A program made the translations under genes and the position numbers. DNA of 61,561 nt, filler included, from Chiloscyllium plagiosum (lineage: Eukaryota), in the NCBI RefSeq assembly GCF_004010195.1. It is 4 parts of one record of this genome, joined end to end, with 100 filler letters (N's around TTAATTAATTAA, not from the genome) between each part and the next. Parts side by side here need not be neighbours in the genome. Positions count along the whole stretch, not along the records: positions 1 to 7,726 come from NC_057716.1; positions 7,827 to 25,490 come from NC_057716.1; 2 more parts are not named here. The stretch is one strand, 5' to 3'. Under the pieces are notes generated by a model. That model saw nothing but the letters and a program-made list of their open reading frames with translations, was not told where the DNA came from and ran no database searches. Shown here one piece after another: positions 1 to 11,982 of this stretch. Position 1 is the stretch's first letter. Each line of letters opens with the position of its first letter.

Positions 1-710
1 AGAACAGAATTCTATGGAATATTGCAAAAATTGCCGAATCAATGTCCAGTACAGCCGCAATATGACCACCCAATCCCTATACTCAATGCTCTGACCAATA
101 AAGACAAGCCGACCAACTGCCTTCATCACTATCCGATTTACTTGCTAATCTACTTTCAAGGAACTATGAACCTGCACTCCCATGTACTCTTTGTTTAGCA
201 GCACTCCCCAGGAACTTACTATTAACTGTATAAGTCCTGGTAAAGTTTGCTTTTCCAAAATGCAGCACCTCACATTTTCTAAACTGAACTCCTTAGCCCA
301 TTCACTCATCTGATCCAGATTCCCTTGTACTCTGAGGTAATCTTTTTCATTGTCTACTACATCTCCAATTTTGGTGTCATCTGCAAACTTACTTCCAATA
401 CTTCTGTTCACATCGAAATCATGGATATAAATGACGAAAAGTAGTCGATCCAGCACTGATCCTTGTGACACACCACTGGTCACAGGCCTGCAGCCTGAAA
501 AGTACCCTCTGCCTTTTACTTTCGGGCCAGTTCTGTACTGCCTGCGATCTAACCTTGCGGACCAGTCTCCCATGAGGAACCTTGTCGAACACATTAATGA
601 AGTCCATGTAGATCATTACGATGCTCTGACCTCAGCAATCCTCTTTGTTACTTCTTCAAAATACCTGAGTCAAATTCATGAGATATGATTTCCCATGCAC
701 AAAGCTGTTA
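1..710 (-). mobile_element. CR1-clade (HER1-like) LINE, degenerate ORF2 RT fragment
   Basis: Minus-strand peptides FDKVPHGRL, VTSGVSQGSVL and SKFADDTKIG are typical CR1 RT motifs; frameshifted. Confidence 0.9.
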
Positions 711-889
711 TTAGTATCCAGGATTTAACTCTGTACATTGGGTCTGCGTTGCCCAGTTATAGGTGTTAATATTCTGAAGTTCAATTACACCAGCATTTTG
801 TCAGTGTCTCTGTATTGAGTCTTGTTACTGTCACCAACACAGTTGAGTTCGTTTTGAAAGGCAGCCCCTGTATCCGTTGCCCACCAGGA

Positions 890-965
890 AATGGTGGCAG
901 TGTCCTTACCTCTGGACCAGGAGGATCGGGTTCAGAGTTGAGAAACAACATCTTTGAAGAGGATG
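890..965 (+). mobile_element. Old tRNA-derived SINE fragment (non-HE1)
   Basis: gtggcagtgtccttacctctggaccaggaggatcgggttcag has A/B-box-like motifs; related reverse copies near 38960-39050 and 57350-57490. Confidence 0.4.
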
Positions 966-1197
966 ATTAGAAAACATGTCTCCCAGCTGTGCCTGCCTGA
1001 GCGTCCAAACAGAACCTATCCTGTAGTTTCTCTCCTGTCAGACTCTCCCATTGCTCAGTTTGTCCAGGATCCCCTCCTGTTGCTGCACTGCTCCTGTCCC
1101 TCACTGACCTGTCCATCCCCCAGTGGTCTCCACATTCATTCATTGTTTACAATCCCATTTTCCCAGTCCTCCAGACCTGGCCCCTCCCGTCTATACA

Positions 1198-1490
1198 GAC
1201 GGCTCAGTGGTTAGCACTGCTGCCGCACAGCACCAGGTACCCGGGTTCGTTTTCGGCCACGGGCGACTGTCTGTGTGGAGTTTGCGCATTCTCCCCGTGT
1301 CTGAGCGAGTTTCCTCCATGTGCTCCGGTTTCTTCCCACAGTCCGAAGATGTGCAGGACCGCTGAATTGGCCATTATAATTTGCCCATCGTATTAGTTAC
1401 ATTAGGAGAAAGTGAGGTCTGCAGATGCTGGAGATCAAAGTTGGAAATGTGTTGCTGGAAAGGGCCTGTTTCCATACTGTAGGGATTCTG
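1198..1490 (+). mobile_element. HE1-type SINE interrupted by a Penelope-like terminal fragment (~1405-1460)
   Basis: Head ggctcagtggttagcactgctgcc...gggttcg, body tgtgtggagtttgc, tail gggcctgtttccatactgtag. The insert is the reverse complement of sequence at ~13095-13150. Confidence 0.85.
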
Positions 1491-2217
1491 ATATATTGGG
1501 CAGCAGCTGCTGTCAATCACCCGGACTCCTGTATGATCGGGAGCACGCGCTGTAGAAGGGGAGACAAGTGCACGGGCACAGTGCTGGCCAATTGTGGGAT
1601 TGGTATAGGTCAGTGCCTGGGAAGGAGGCTGTGGGTGTGAGGGATTAATCTGTCATTGGCATCTTCCTCGCTCTGGGAGCAGGACCCGGGGGAATGGCCC
1701 GTTTTCTGGCACCCTGACATGGGATCAGACTATCAGCGGTGCAGCGTTTTGCAGAAAGATATCAGAACGCTTTTGTGAAGATTCAGGGTTATTATGGAAA
1801 GGGACAAGGATGGGCCTGCAATTAGAATTCTAATTTGGCTCATCCTAGTAAGATGGGTTTTGGCCAGAGTGTGCAGGAAGCAGTGTGTGCAGGATGGTTC
1901 TCCTCAGAGGATTCACTCCTTCCTCACCCCCACCTCCCCCCGACTACCGGCGGACGCAGAGTCAGACTCATTGGTTTGGTTGTTAGTCTGCAGACAGGAG
2001 CTAGGAAACTGAATTCAAAGAGAGGAGAGAGAGTGTGAGAACTGGGTGTGGAGGAAAGGAGTGAGGAGATTGGTTTGGATTTCAGTCACAGAAGAGAGAA
2101 ATTGTGAGACGGAGATTTAAAGCTTTGGGGGAACAAGGAAAATACAATTTAACACTATAATTGTCTTATGTATTTCCATCCTGTATTAACAGTGGTACCT
2201 TGTTTTCTCTGTTGTAG

Positions 2218-2420
2218 GGTACTGAAAGGGTGGATTTGTGGTTGAGAAATACAAATTGAACTTCATGTTCAGATCTGATGGTTACTTGATCCGTGCCGAT
2301 CTGAATATCATTGGCCTTTTCATCTGGAAGGAAAGGTGTGCATTCTGTCCGTGGGCGAATATTCCAAATCTCAGTGTGACTGCAAAAGTACTGAGACACA
2401 GCCAAGACCATGTCAGCATG
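2218..2420 (+). pseudogene. Possible relic exon of a C2H2 zinc-finger gene (single degenerate finger)
   Basis: Polypyrimidine acceptor tgttttctctgttgtag at 2217 and donor atg|gtgagt at 2420. One frame reads HSVRGRIFQISV*LQKY*DTA, with decayed CxxCGxxF...LxxH spacing. A similar acceptor context occurs near 6233. Confidence 0.25.
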
Positions 2421-2543
2421 GTGAGTATGGAGAGAGGTTTCATTTGCTTTTGAAAGTCGTGTGACTGCAAAAGTACTGAGACACAGCCAAGTCCATGTCA
2501 GCATGGTGAGTGTGGAGAGAGGTTTCATTTGCTTTTGAAAGTC
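2374..2543. repeat. 85-bp tandem duplication (2 copies)
   Basis: 2374-2458 and 2459-2543 are nearly identical. Confidence 0.95.
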
Positions 2544-2789
2544 TGGAAAATCATGGCACATTTCCCAGGAACATTTAAGCCACAGCTTTGCTTTGTAGAA
2601 GGACAAGTCTTTAATTAACCATGCAACCAGAGAGACACAAGGATACCTGCACCTTGGGAAACACTATGAAATCGGGATTGTTGTAAAGGAGTTAATTCTC
2701 GATCATGGATTGTAATCCATGGGCATTGTCACGTCGGTTCCAGCGCCGTGGGGAAACACTGGAAATGTGATGAATGCAGTGTCATTTTC

Positions 2790-3280
2790 AGTTATTAAAC
2801 TGTAAAACGTACAGAAAAATTTACAACGATGTTGTCAGGGCTCAAGTTTCTGAGTTATAAGGAGAGGTTGGACAAGCGAGTGTTTTATGTTTAGAGCAGA
2901 GGAAACTGAGGGGGTTCTTTTCTAGAAGTGTATAAGACCATGAGCGGCATGGAAAAGCTGAATGCAGTCAGTCTTTTTTCCAGAGACTCAAGGATTGGAG
3001 GGCATCAGTTTAAGGTTAAAGGAGAAAGAATGAAAGGGAAGCTGATGGGCAACTGTTTTACACAGAGGGAGGTATGTATATGGAATGAGCTGCCAGTGGA
3101 AGTGTTGAAGTGGGTACACTCACATCAGGTACAAGGCATTTGGACAAATACATCTATAGGAAAGGGTCAGAAGCAGATGGGCCAAGTGCATGGAAATGGG
3201 GTTAGCGTGGATTGACATTCTGGTCGGCATGGGCCAGTTTGGGCCAAAGGGCCTGTTCCTGCTGCAGGATTCTATGACTC
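2790..3280 (+). mobile_element. CR1-clade LINE 3' end
   Basis: YKTMSGMEKL...GHQFKVKGER...IWNELP followed by the gggccaaagggcctgtt...ttctatgactct tail. Confidence 0.85.
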
Positions 3281-3284
3281 TAAG

Positions 3285-4070
3285 TGCATTTGCTATTTCT
3301 CCCACTAACTCTTTTGGTATCCTGGGATGTATTCCATCAGGGCAATGAGACTTGTGTACCTTTACCTCCGTTAGCTTGCCCAGCTCTAATTCTTTCGTGA
3401 TAATGGTTATTTCTAGGTCCTCACCTTTCTCAGTCTCCATATCAATTACTGGCATGTTCTTCGTATCCTCCACTGTGAAGACTGACTGCTGTGTACTCAT
3501 ATTCCTGAACCCTGCTGGATAGGAATAACTAGGCACAGAACTCTTAGAGGTCTTCTTTGAATCTTTATTGATGAAACATGGCAGTAACATGGATAGTGTA
3601 CATGCAAAACGCCTTCAGGCAACATCAGGTAACTCCCTGCCTGTCCGATGTACAGCTCCCATTCTGGCCCTGGGGATAGCCCCTCATCACTTTTCTCCCC
3701 CAATCCCATCTCGCTTTCTGTTGATCTTCAAAGTTTTTCTAATCTCCTAGTTTCTCCTTGGTCTTTGCCAATTTGTATGCTTTCTATTTCAGTTTGATAG
3801 ACTCCCTTATTTCCTGAGCCACCCAAGGCAGATTACGCCTTTTCCTACAGTCCTTCCTCTTCCCTGATATATGCTTTTGCTGAGCACTTCGAAAAATTGC
3901 TTTGATATTCCCGCACTGCCCGTCAACTTTCCCACCGTAAAGTCTTTGTTTCCAGTCTACATTAGCCAACTCCTGCCTCCTTTGTAATCTCCTTTGTTTA
4001 TGCACTTGATCTCGGGATTGGATCTAATCTTCCAGCTTTCCAGCTGTGTTCTAAGTTCAGCCAGACTTAT
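3285..4070 (-). mobile_element. CR1-clade LINE internal ORF2 fragments
   Basis: SVFTVEDT, KSHCPDGIHPRIPKEL and ELANVDWKQRL peptides on the minus strand. Confidence 0.8.
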
Positions 4071-4294
4071 CACAAGTCTTTTATCTGATTACGAAGTGAG
4101 GCGATGTTTCCTGGGTGTTTTGGTTTTCATTGTCAGTGACCTTGGCTTTGTAATAAAGTACAGGATAGACATTCACAACAGCGTATTCTGGACGTTGTGA
4201 ATGTACGACACAATCTAAAACCATAAATCTCTGTCTCCCTTCAGTTTAAAATTGCAAACTCATTATCTCCCACATGCTTCCTCACTATCTAAGT

Positions 4295-5162
4295 TTGGAA
4301 CGCTAATCCACCTGACTATCCTGCATTTTCCAAAAATCTCCTTTGGTGAAAGTATGAATTTTGGATTCAGCTTTCCAGTTATTACCGTAAGAAGATAAGC
4401 ACTGGGCACAGGGGAACAAGCCCAACCATTTAATACGGTGATGATTGAGCTCACCTCGGTCTCAGCTGGATTTTCCAGCCTGCTCTCTCTCACCCATCAT
4501 CTCATTGCAAATTCAACATCTGTATCTCTTCATTAAATTGGCTAATTGTCCTGGCATCCACTGCATTTTGAATATGGAATTTCACAGATTCACAACATAT
4601 CGAGACAAGTACATTATTCTTCATGAAAATAGAATAGAATCCCTATAGTGCAGAAACAGGGTATTCATCCATCGAATCCAGACCAACTCTATAATGAGCA
4701 TCCCATTCAGACCCACTTATTCCCTGTATTGGAACGCTAATCCACCTGACTATCCTGCATTTTCCAAAAATCTCCTTTGGTGAAAGTATGAATTTTGGAT
4801 TCAGCTTTCCAGTTATTACAGTAAGAAGATAAGCACTGGGCACAGGGGAACAAGCCCCACCATTTAATACGGTGATGATTGAGCTCACCTCGGTCTCAGC
4901 TGGATTTTCCCGCCTGCTCTCTCTCACCCATCATCTCATTGCAAATTCAACATCTGTATCTCTTTATTAAATTGGCTAATTGTCCTGGCATCCACTGCAT
5001 TTTGAATAGGGAATTTCACAGATTCACAACATATCGAGACAAGTACATTCTTCTTCATGAAAATAGAATAGAATCCCTATAGTGCAGAAACAGGGTATTT
5101 ATCCATCGAATCCAGACCAACCCTATAATGAGCATCCCATTCAGACCCACTTATTCCCTGTA
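4295..5162. repeat. 434-bp tandem duplication (2 copies)
   Basis: 4295-4728 and 4729-5162 are near-identical, giving duplicated ORF translations at 4445 and 4879. Confidence 0.95.
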
Positions 5163-5380
5163 TCATTGCATTTCCCATGGCTAATTGTCTAACCGGCACG
5201 TGCATGGACACTGTCAGCAATTTAGCATGGGCAATCCATCTAACTTGCACATCTTTGGATTGTGTGAGGAAACTGGAGAACTGCACGAAACCATGCAAAC
5301 ATGGGGAGAATGTATAAGCTCCCCGCAGTCGCCCAAGGTCACTGATGCTGTGAGGCAGCAGTGCTAGCCACTGAGCCACC
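5070..5380 (-). mobile_element. HE1-type SINE
   Basis: Reverse of ggtggctcagtggctagcactgctgcctcacagc; (aatag)n tail. Confidence 0.85.
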
Positions 5381-5601
5381 TCTACTTAAAACCTGCTGCC
5401 CCTTATTAACCTCCCTAACCCCCAATTGGCTGAATCTATGTTCCTTGCATCAGAAATCAGGTTGTCTAAGCGGACGTCTCAGTAAATCCCAGTGACAGCC
5501 TGCATGCCCCGTATATCTCAATGGGGATCCAATACACAACATCTTCCACCCCACACTTTTCATTCACGTTCCAGAGACCGGGATCCAGTGGCTGCATGGG
5601 A

Positions 5602-5614
5602 ACTACAACTTCCA
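5602..5614 (+). promoter_or_regulatory. ZNF143/Staf-like ACTACAnnTCCCA promoter motif (one mismatch)
   Basis: gggaACTACAACTTCCA in apparently non-repetitive sequence. Confidence 0.3.
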
Positions 5615-6334
5615 AATTCCAAGGCAGGGACCGCACGTCTGTGGGGAAACCTGCACTGCACACGTACAGGATGTGGGTGGGTTTTGGAGCATGTGGTTTG
5701 GGGTAACTAGTGGAAAGTATTTCACACTGTGTTTATCTGGAGGAGGAACGTATTTGCTTGTAGTATTGATCTGTTGGAGGGTCAAAGTGTTACCACACCC
5801 ACATGGGACCAAGTTCCATCCCCAACTCGTCATAACACTGGAATCGACCAATGAGAAACAAAGAAGGATCTGACCCATTCTCCCAGCCTGAAGGTTCCTC
5901 CTCTGTCCAGGATCTGCGACCTCCCTTTCTGTTTCCTTTTGTTTCATTCTGCTGTTAAATGTTTGATTTGCAGCAACTGAAGGCAAAGGAAGTGAACCCA
6001 GAAAGGGTACAGAGTCTAACCAGGAACGGGAAGTGGTGGCATAGATCTGCTTATCAGTAACTCCATGAGAATGGGGAGGGTGTACATTAGGGGGTAGCAG
6101 AGACAGAATGGTGGGACAGAGTAAGTGGGCTGGAGGGTTCCAGTTTTGGGGGAAGAAAGGGGGGAAAAGATATTTCAGCAAAACGAGAATTGTCTGTTCT
6201 GAATTTCTAATCTGTACGTATTCCTTTATACAGTGTGCTAGATGGTGAAGATTTGCAGACTCAAATCTCAGAATAATGCGCAGATCGTGATTAGGTTAAC
6301 CAGCATTTGAAGAACCAAAGGTGGAGAATCACTC

Positions 6335-6495
6335 GGCCAAAATCCTGCAACACTCTCCCTCCCAGCATTGTCGGTCTATCTACGCCAAATAGACTGTGAA
6401 TGGTTCAAGACGGCAGCTCACTACCATCTTCTCAAGAGTAACTAGAGATGGGGAATAAATGCTGGCTGAGCCAGTGATGACCATATCCTGGAAGT
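6335..6495 (+). mobile_element. 3' end of a CR1/L2-type LINE or a SINE sharing its tail
   Basis: ggttcaagacggcagctcactaccatcttctcaag...aataaatgctggc is a characteristic LINE 3' UTR. Confidence 0.6.
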
Positions 6496-7509
6496 GGATT
6501 ATATTTCTAGTTGCTGAAACCCAGTTGATGTTACTGAGGAACGCTGAGTGCATCCTCCAGGAGGCAGAACATCACGTTACCCCTGCCTCCACCCACACAG
6601 TAACGCAGCAATATCACTGGAACAAAAGGCAGTTAAACCAAAGAAGGATAGTGTTATTCGAGGAGAAGTCATCAAAGGGGATTGGAGCCTAGCAGGAACA
6701 TGAGACTGAGCTGAATGCTCAGCTGTTTCCCATTGAATGGTGTAGCAGGATTGAAAGCCCGAATGGCCTCCCCCTGCTGCTATGTATATATAGCCATGGA
6801 GCCCGGGTAGAAAGAAGTAAGCAGGGCAGGAATTCCCCATGAGATTGCACTTCCACATCAGGCTTCAGTGAGCGATGGTTTGATGGATTTTATTTAACAG
6901 GTGTCTTTGACACATAGTTTGTGAATTTGCATTTTTCTTAAAATGTAAATGTTTATTCCACAATAAATAAAACTAAAAGAAATGAAACTATCTGAATATA
7001 ACAGTTTTTAGAATTTCAAATGTCCTTTCGAACAAAATCCTGTCGATTCCCGGACACCATCACTTTCCAGTTACTCAAACTCCAGGGAAATATTCCCTCC
7101 CTGTCTGAACCATTGGTTTGATTTAACTTCTTTTCAGTTCCCATTCTGTGAGATGTGAAGTGTTCTTTTTTCCCCTGTTTCTCTTACCCAGAAGTGTTAT
7201 CTCACACAACTGAGCAATCTTCCCACCATCAGAATAGATTATTCCTTTATTTTGCTTTTTGTTAATGTGTAATCACCACCAGGAACACCCCCGTGTAACC
7301 AATTGAAAATTCATAAACAAAGCCATTACAAGTGACAGAGTGAGAAGGGACTAAATCAAAGTAGAGTTAGGGTGAGCGGGCAGCGGTGGAGGTAAAGCAC
7401 TGTATCCCCTGCGGTGCTCACCTCTACATAAAGTCATCGAGAGCATTGATATACACCACATGCTCCTTCTCCAAGGACACCCTGCTGTACAGCCTTTATC
7501 CTCAATCAT

Positions 7510-7726
7510 ATAGTAGAATTCCCACAGTGTGGAAGGAGAGCATTGGCCCATCAAATCCCACCAACCATCTGAAGAACATCACGCCCAGAGCACTCCATCC
7601 CTGTAACACTGCATTTCCCATGGCTGATCCACCTAGTCTGCACATTCCTGGATAGTGTGGACAATTTAGCACGACTGATCCACCTAGCCTGCACATCTTT
7701 GGACTGTGGGAGGAAACCAGAACACC
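7510..7726 (-). mobile_element. HE1-type SINE, truncated by gap, with internal duplication
   Basis: ctgatccacctagYctgcacat occurs twice; body tttggactgtgggaggaaacc. Confidence 0.8.
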
Positions 7727-7826
7727 NNNNNNNNNNNNNNNNNNNNNNNNNNNNNNNNNNNNNNNNNNNNTTAATTAATTAANNNNNNNNNNNNNNNNNN
7801 NNNNNNNNNNNNNNNNNNNNNNNNNN
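7727..7826. other. Assembly join: N44-TTAATTAATTAA-N44
   Basis: An identical 100-nt structure appears three times; the linker has stops in all six frames. Confidence 0.95.
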
Positions 7827-8109
7827 GAACTAGAAAGATGTAACCCGTGTCTGCTCTCCAGTGACCGAGTGTGTGGAAATGTTCAAGAAACCATCTGTAC
7901 TTATGGATGTGTGCCTGCTTGTTTAGGATGGAATCTACTATCTGTTTTTCCTGACATCTTCGCAAGTAAGTCAGAGTTTCCCATGTGTTATTTCAGCTCC
8001 AAGTCCTTCAATTCAGCGACCATTTGAAAATACTAACTCTGTCTTTAAAAGGAAATTGGTAACTTTGGTCCAGGTTGATGGATAACTTGTGTGTTTCCCT
8101 TCCTCACAG

Positions 8110-9017
8110 TTAACGCAGTAACGATCCATGTCCTGCTTTATAAAGATTGTGGATTGTCTCCATGTGTCAGACGCTACCTGGGGGCCATGGCAGTGGCGGA
8201 TCTACTGGTCATTATCATCGACCTGATATTGAGACGCATTCCCATTGTTTTTCGGGAATATTTGGAATTCCGCTATTCCATCCCCGTGTGTAATATCCAC
8301 GCAGTCCTGCTTTATGCAGCCACTGACTGTTCTGTCTGGTTCACCGTCACTTTCACCTTTGATCGATTTGTGGCTATTTGTTGCCAGAAGTTGAAAAGGA
8401 AATATTGCTGAGAGAAAACGGCAGCTGTGGCTATTGGAACAGTGACTGTGCTGAGTATTCTTAAGAATATTTTCTGGTATTTTATGCTCACAAGCGAGTA
8501 TTACGTGGTGAACAGCCCCTGGTTTTGTTATGTAAAATATTATGTTTACTTGTCTCAGATCTGGGCCATAATTGAGTTCACCCACTACGTTCTTACTCCG
8601 GCTGTCCCTTTTCTCCTGATTCTGCTCCTGAATGTTTTCACTGTCAGACACATTTTAGTGACCAGCAGAGCCCGCAGGAGACTTCGGGCTCACAAAAATG
8701 TAGACACTCAGTCTCACATTGAAATACAAAATCGAAAAAAGTCCATTATTTTACTGTTTATGATCTCGGTCAATTTCATCCTGTTATGGTCAATGTTGAT
8801 GGTGTTTTCCATATGGAACCGGATGTACTTTATTGTGGATACCCCTGTATATCTAGAAATCTTTGTTCAGGAACTGGGATTCATGCTTCAGCTTCTCAGT
8901 TGCTGCACAAACACCGCGATTTATGCCCTGACTCAGACTATGTTCAGACAGCAGCTGAAGAATGTTCTGAAATATCCATTTACCCAAATAAATAAATCAA
9001 TCAAATTTGCTCCTTAA
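8110..9017 (+). pseudogene. GPR139/GPR142-like class A GPCR, main coding exon with premature stop
   Basis: Acceptor ttcctcacag|TTAAC at 8109/8110; AMAVADLL (TM2), FTFDRFVAICC (DRY-like) and CTNTAIY (NPxxY-like). In-frame TGA at 8409-8411 where the paralog has TGT. Confidence 0.85.
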
Positions 9018-9519
9018 TTAATCCGTCCGGCATTTTCTCATTCTAATTCACGTTTGCAGCGATGAAGTCGTCTGTCGCTATGATAACAGACTGAGGATAG
9101 TGATGATTTATCTAACCACGGGGGTCACTGGAACATATATTTATGTTTCTCAACTTATGGCCAGTGAGAAAATGCACCATCCGACTGAATGCATCTGTAA
9201 CTTCAATTTAAAAACTGTAAAAAGGTTTATTCAAAATGACAAGGAGTAGACTGAATCTATTGTTGTTTATGTTTGTGTTGACAATTCTGAGCAGGTGAAA
9301 GACAGACACAGCTCCATTTCCTGGATCTCAGGGAAGGGTTGACAACCGGAGCCAAGCTCAGCAGTTGGGTTAATTCCCTCCGTCCTTGCTTTCTCTTCTG
9401 GTGTTATGCAACCTGCACCATTGACCTCCCTGCCTCTCCCTCTTGCACTTCCTCTAACTCTCAATTTACCTCTCCCAGATTACCGCACACTCGGTTTCAT
9501 TCCGTGGTTACGTGTTTAC

Positions 9520-11982
9520 CTGCCGTTGACAGGAGAAAGAGTGTGAATGGGTTCACATGATTTTGTAAGGGGAACAGAATCAGAATGGGCTCACACGAGA
9601 TTGCCAGGAGAGCAGAGTCGGGGTAGGAGCAGAGGCTGTTGCTCGGAAAACAGAGAGGGATGATGTCAAAGGCTATTGCTAGGAGAATATCGCGCGGTTA
9701 TGGCCACAGAGCATTACGATTAGAAGAGAGTGGGAGTAAGTATATATAGGCCATTTCTGGGGTAATAGCGTGGGAATACGTTCACAGGCCATTGTCAGGT
9801 GAAAAGAGTGTTGGCGGGGCCGCAGGCCATTGCCAGGAGTACAGAGTTGTGATGAACACACGTGTCATTGTTAATGGAATGGATTGGAAATCAGCTCACT
9901 CGCTGTTGCAAAAGAAACATTGTAACTATGTGCTCTCAGGCTGTTGCAAGGATGAAATAAAAAGCGATATGTTGTTGTGGTTCTGTTCGCCGAACTGGGA
10001 ATTTCTGTTGCAGACGTTTCGTCCCCTGTCTAGCTGACATCCTCAGTGCTTGGGAGCCTCCAATAAAGCGCTTCTGTGATGTCTCCTCCGGCATTTATAG
10101 TGTTTGATCATCACTATAAATGCCGGAGGAAACATCACAGAAGCGCTTCACAGGAGGCTCCCAAGCACTGAGGATGTCACCTGGACAGGGGCCGAAACGT
10201 CTGCAACACAAATTCCCAGCTCGGCGAACAGAACCACAAAGACGAGCACCCGAGCTACAAATCTTCTCCCAAAATTTCAAAGCGATACGTTCACATGGGA
10301 TTCTTTGTAGAATAGAGTGGGGATGGATTCTTGGGGCATTGCGAGGAGAACAGGGTGGTGATGGGAACACAGAGAGATTTTAGGAGAGTAGACTAGGGAT
10401 GGGGTCACTCGCCATTGCTTGACCAACAGGATAGGAAAGGATTTACAGGACTTTGCGAGTGTAACTTTGTCGGGATGGATTCACAGGTGATTGTTTGGAG
10501 AACAGTGCAGGGATGAAGTAAAGGTTGTTGTTAGCAGAACAGCGTGTGGACGGATTGAAGGCTGCTGCGAAGAGAACCGATGGAGGATGGATTAACGGTC
10601 CGCTTTTAGGACACCAGAGAGGAGATGGAATCCACAGGCTGTTGGGAGGGTAACAGAGTGAGGACAGGATCACATTCTGCTGCCAAAAGGACAGAGTTAC
10701 GATGGGTTCAAGTGGCAGTACTTGGGGCACAACGTGCGGATGCAGTCACATACTTTTTCTTGGAGAACAGGAAGGCGATGCGTTCACAGGCTATTGCTTT
10801 GCAAACTGTAAGGAGAGGGGTTGACAGTTAGGTGCAAGGAGATCAGGATGGGGTTGGGTGCACAGCTAGTTGCTAGGAGAAACAGGTGCGGATGGCATCA
10901 CAGATGTTGCTAATTCGAACCGAGTGTGGATGGTACTCAGGCTTTTTCGAGGAGAACACTGTGGTGATGGGTTCAAAGGCACTTGCGACAAGAACAGCGC
11001 GGGAATTGAAACAAAGTTTATTACAGGAGAAGAGAGTGAGGATAAGGTCACAGACAAATGCTCAGTGAACAGAGTGAGAATGGGTTTACAGGCCGTTGCT
11101 AGGAGGACAGAGTACAGATGGATGGTACGTAGTTTTCCAGAGTTTGGACGGGTTCAAAGGTAGTTTCAACGAGAACCGAGTGGGGATGGGTTCACGGTCA
11201 CTGGTAGGAAATCAGAGTGGGGATGGACTTTGTTCGTTTAATAGAATGGGGATGGGGTCTCAGGCTGTTGCTCGGGGAACAGATTTTTGATGGGTTCAGC
11301 TATATGTGCAAGGACAACACAGTGGAAAGGGGTTCACAGACAGTTGCTCGGAAAACAGTGCTGATGGAATTCACAGGAAGTTGGGAGATGAACAGAGATT
11401 GAGAGGGGTCACATGCTTTTGGTGAGAGGACAGAATGGGAATAGTTGCCTACGCCATTGCTCGGAGGACACAATGGGGATGTATTCACAGGCTATTTCTT
11501 GGCGAACTTAATGGGAAGGGGTTCACAGGCAGTTGCTAGGAGATTAGGGTGTGGGTGTATGCACAGGTCGTTGCTGGCAGGACAGAGTGTGAATGGTGCC
11601 ACCGGCCGTTGCTTCTGAGAGCACAGCGCAGATGCGGGTATTGCTTTGTGAACAGAGGAGATGATGAGTTCACCGGCTGTTACTGTGAAAATGGCGATGA
11701 TCTGCATAGGCTGTTGGTCGGGAAACACAGTGGGGTTGGGTGTCACAAGCCTGGGGAACAGAGCAGGGATTGTTTCGCAAGCTTTTGCTTGGAGAACAGA
11801 GAAGGGATGGTGCCACAGGTAGTTTCCCATAAGAACAGAGTGTGGATAGAGTCACAGTCCGTTGATTGGCGAACACAGTGGAATGGGTTCATTGGCAGTT
11901 GATAGCAGAACAGAGTGGGGAAAGTTTCAGAAGTCGCTGCGAGGAAAACAGAGTGAGAATGAGTTTACCGGCCATTACAAAA
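9520..11982 (+). repeat. Degenerate ~38-bp minisatellite (approx. GGAGAACAGAGTGGGGATGGGTTCACAGGCTGTTGCTA)
   Basis: Recurrent aacagagtg...gatgggttcacagg...gttgct units at roughly 38-nt spacing. Confidence 0.85.
9974..10278. mobile_element. Penelope-like element terminal repeat in inverted (fold-back) arrangement with 13-bp TSD
   Basis: ~132-bp arms at 9971-10102 and 10112-10243. Flanks are aaagcgatatgtt (9961-9973) and aaagcgatacgtt (10279-10291). Confidence 0.8.

Larger units (their letters stand above)
7827..11982 (+). repeat. Left arm of ~4.15-kb inverted duplication
   Basis: Reverse complement of 13844-17987 (7827 pairs with 17987; 11982 with 13844). Both ends of this arm are cut by gaps. 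Confidence 0.95.

Noticed and set aside
7270..7295. ggtgttcctg|gtg (GVP-donor-like) motif as GPCR exon 1
   Set aside because: It is on the minus strand, the wrong orientation for the adjacent plus-strand copy and downstream of the minus-strand copy, and it lies across an artificial join.
7771..7782. TTAATTAATTAA palindrome inside N runs (also 25535-25546 and 50357-50368)
   Set aside because: Identical 44N+12+44N layout with six-frame stops: an artificial scaffolding linker, not biology. It also means linkage across these points is unproven.
8091..8109. ORF-track start MFPFLT of the GPCRs (also 17705-17723)
   Set aside because: A GTG start within the polypyrimidine tract; this is intron sequence ahead of the splice acceptor.
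8409..8411. TGA replacing a Cys codon as possible selenocysteine
   Set aside because: It is a single TGT>TGA change, I could not recognise a SECIS, and no selenoprotein GPCRs are known; a nonsense mutation is simpler.
8202..8651. 149-aa antisense ORF (and 17229-17612)
   Set aside because: Shadow of the GPCR coding strand with no recognisable motifs.
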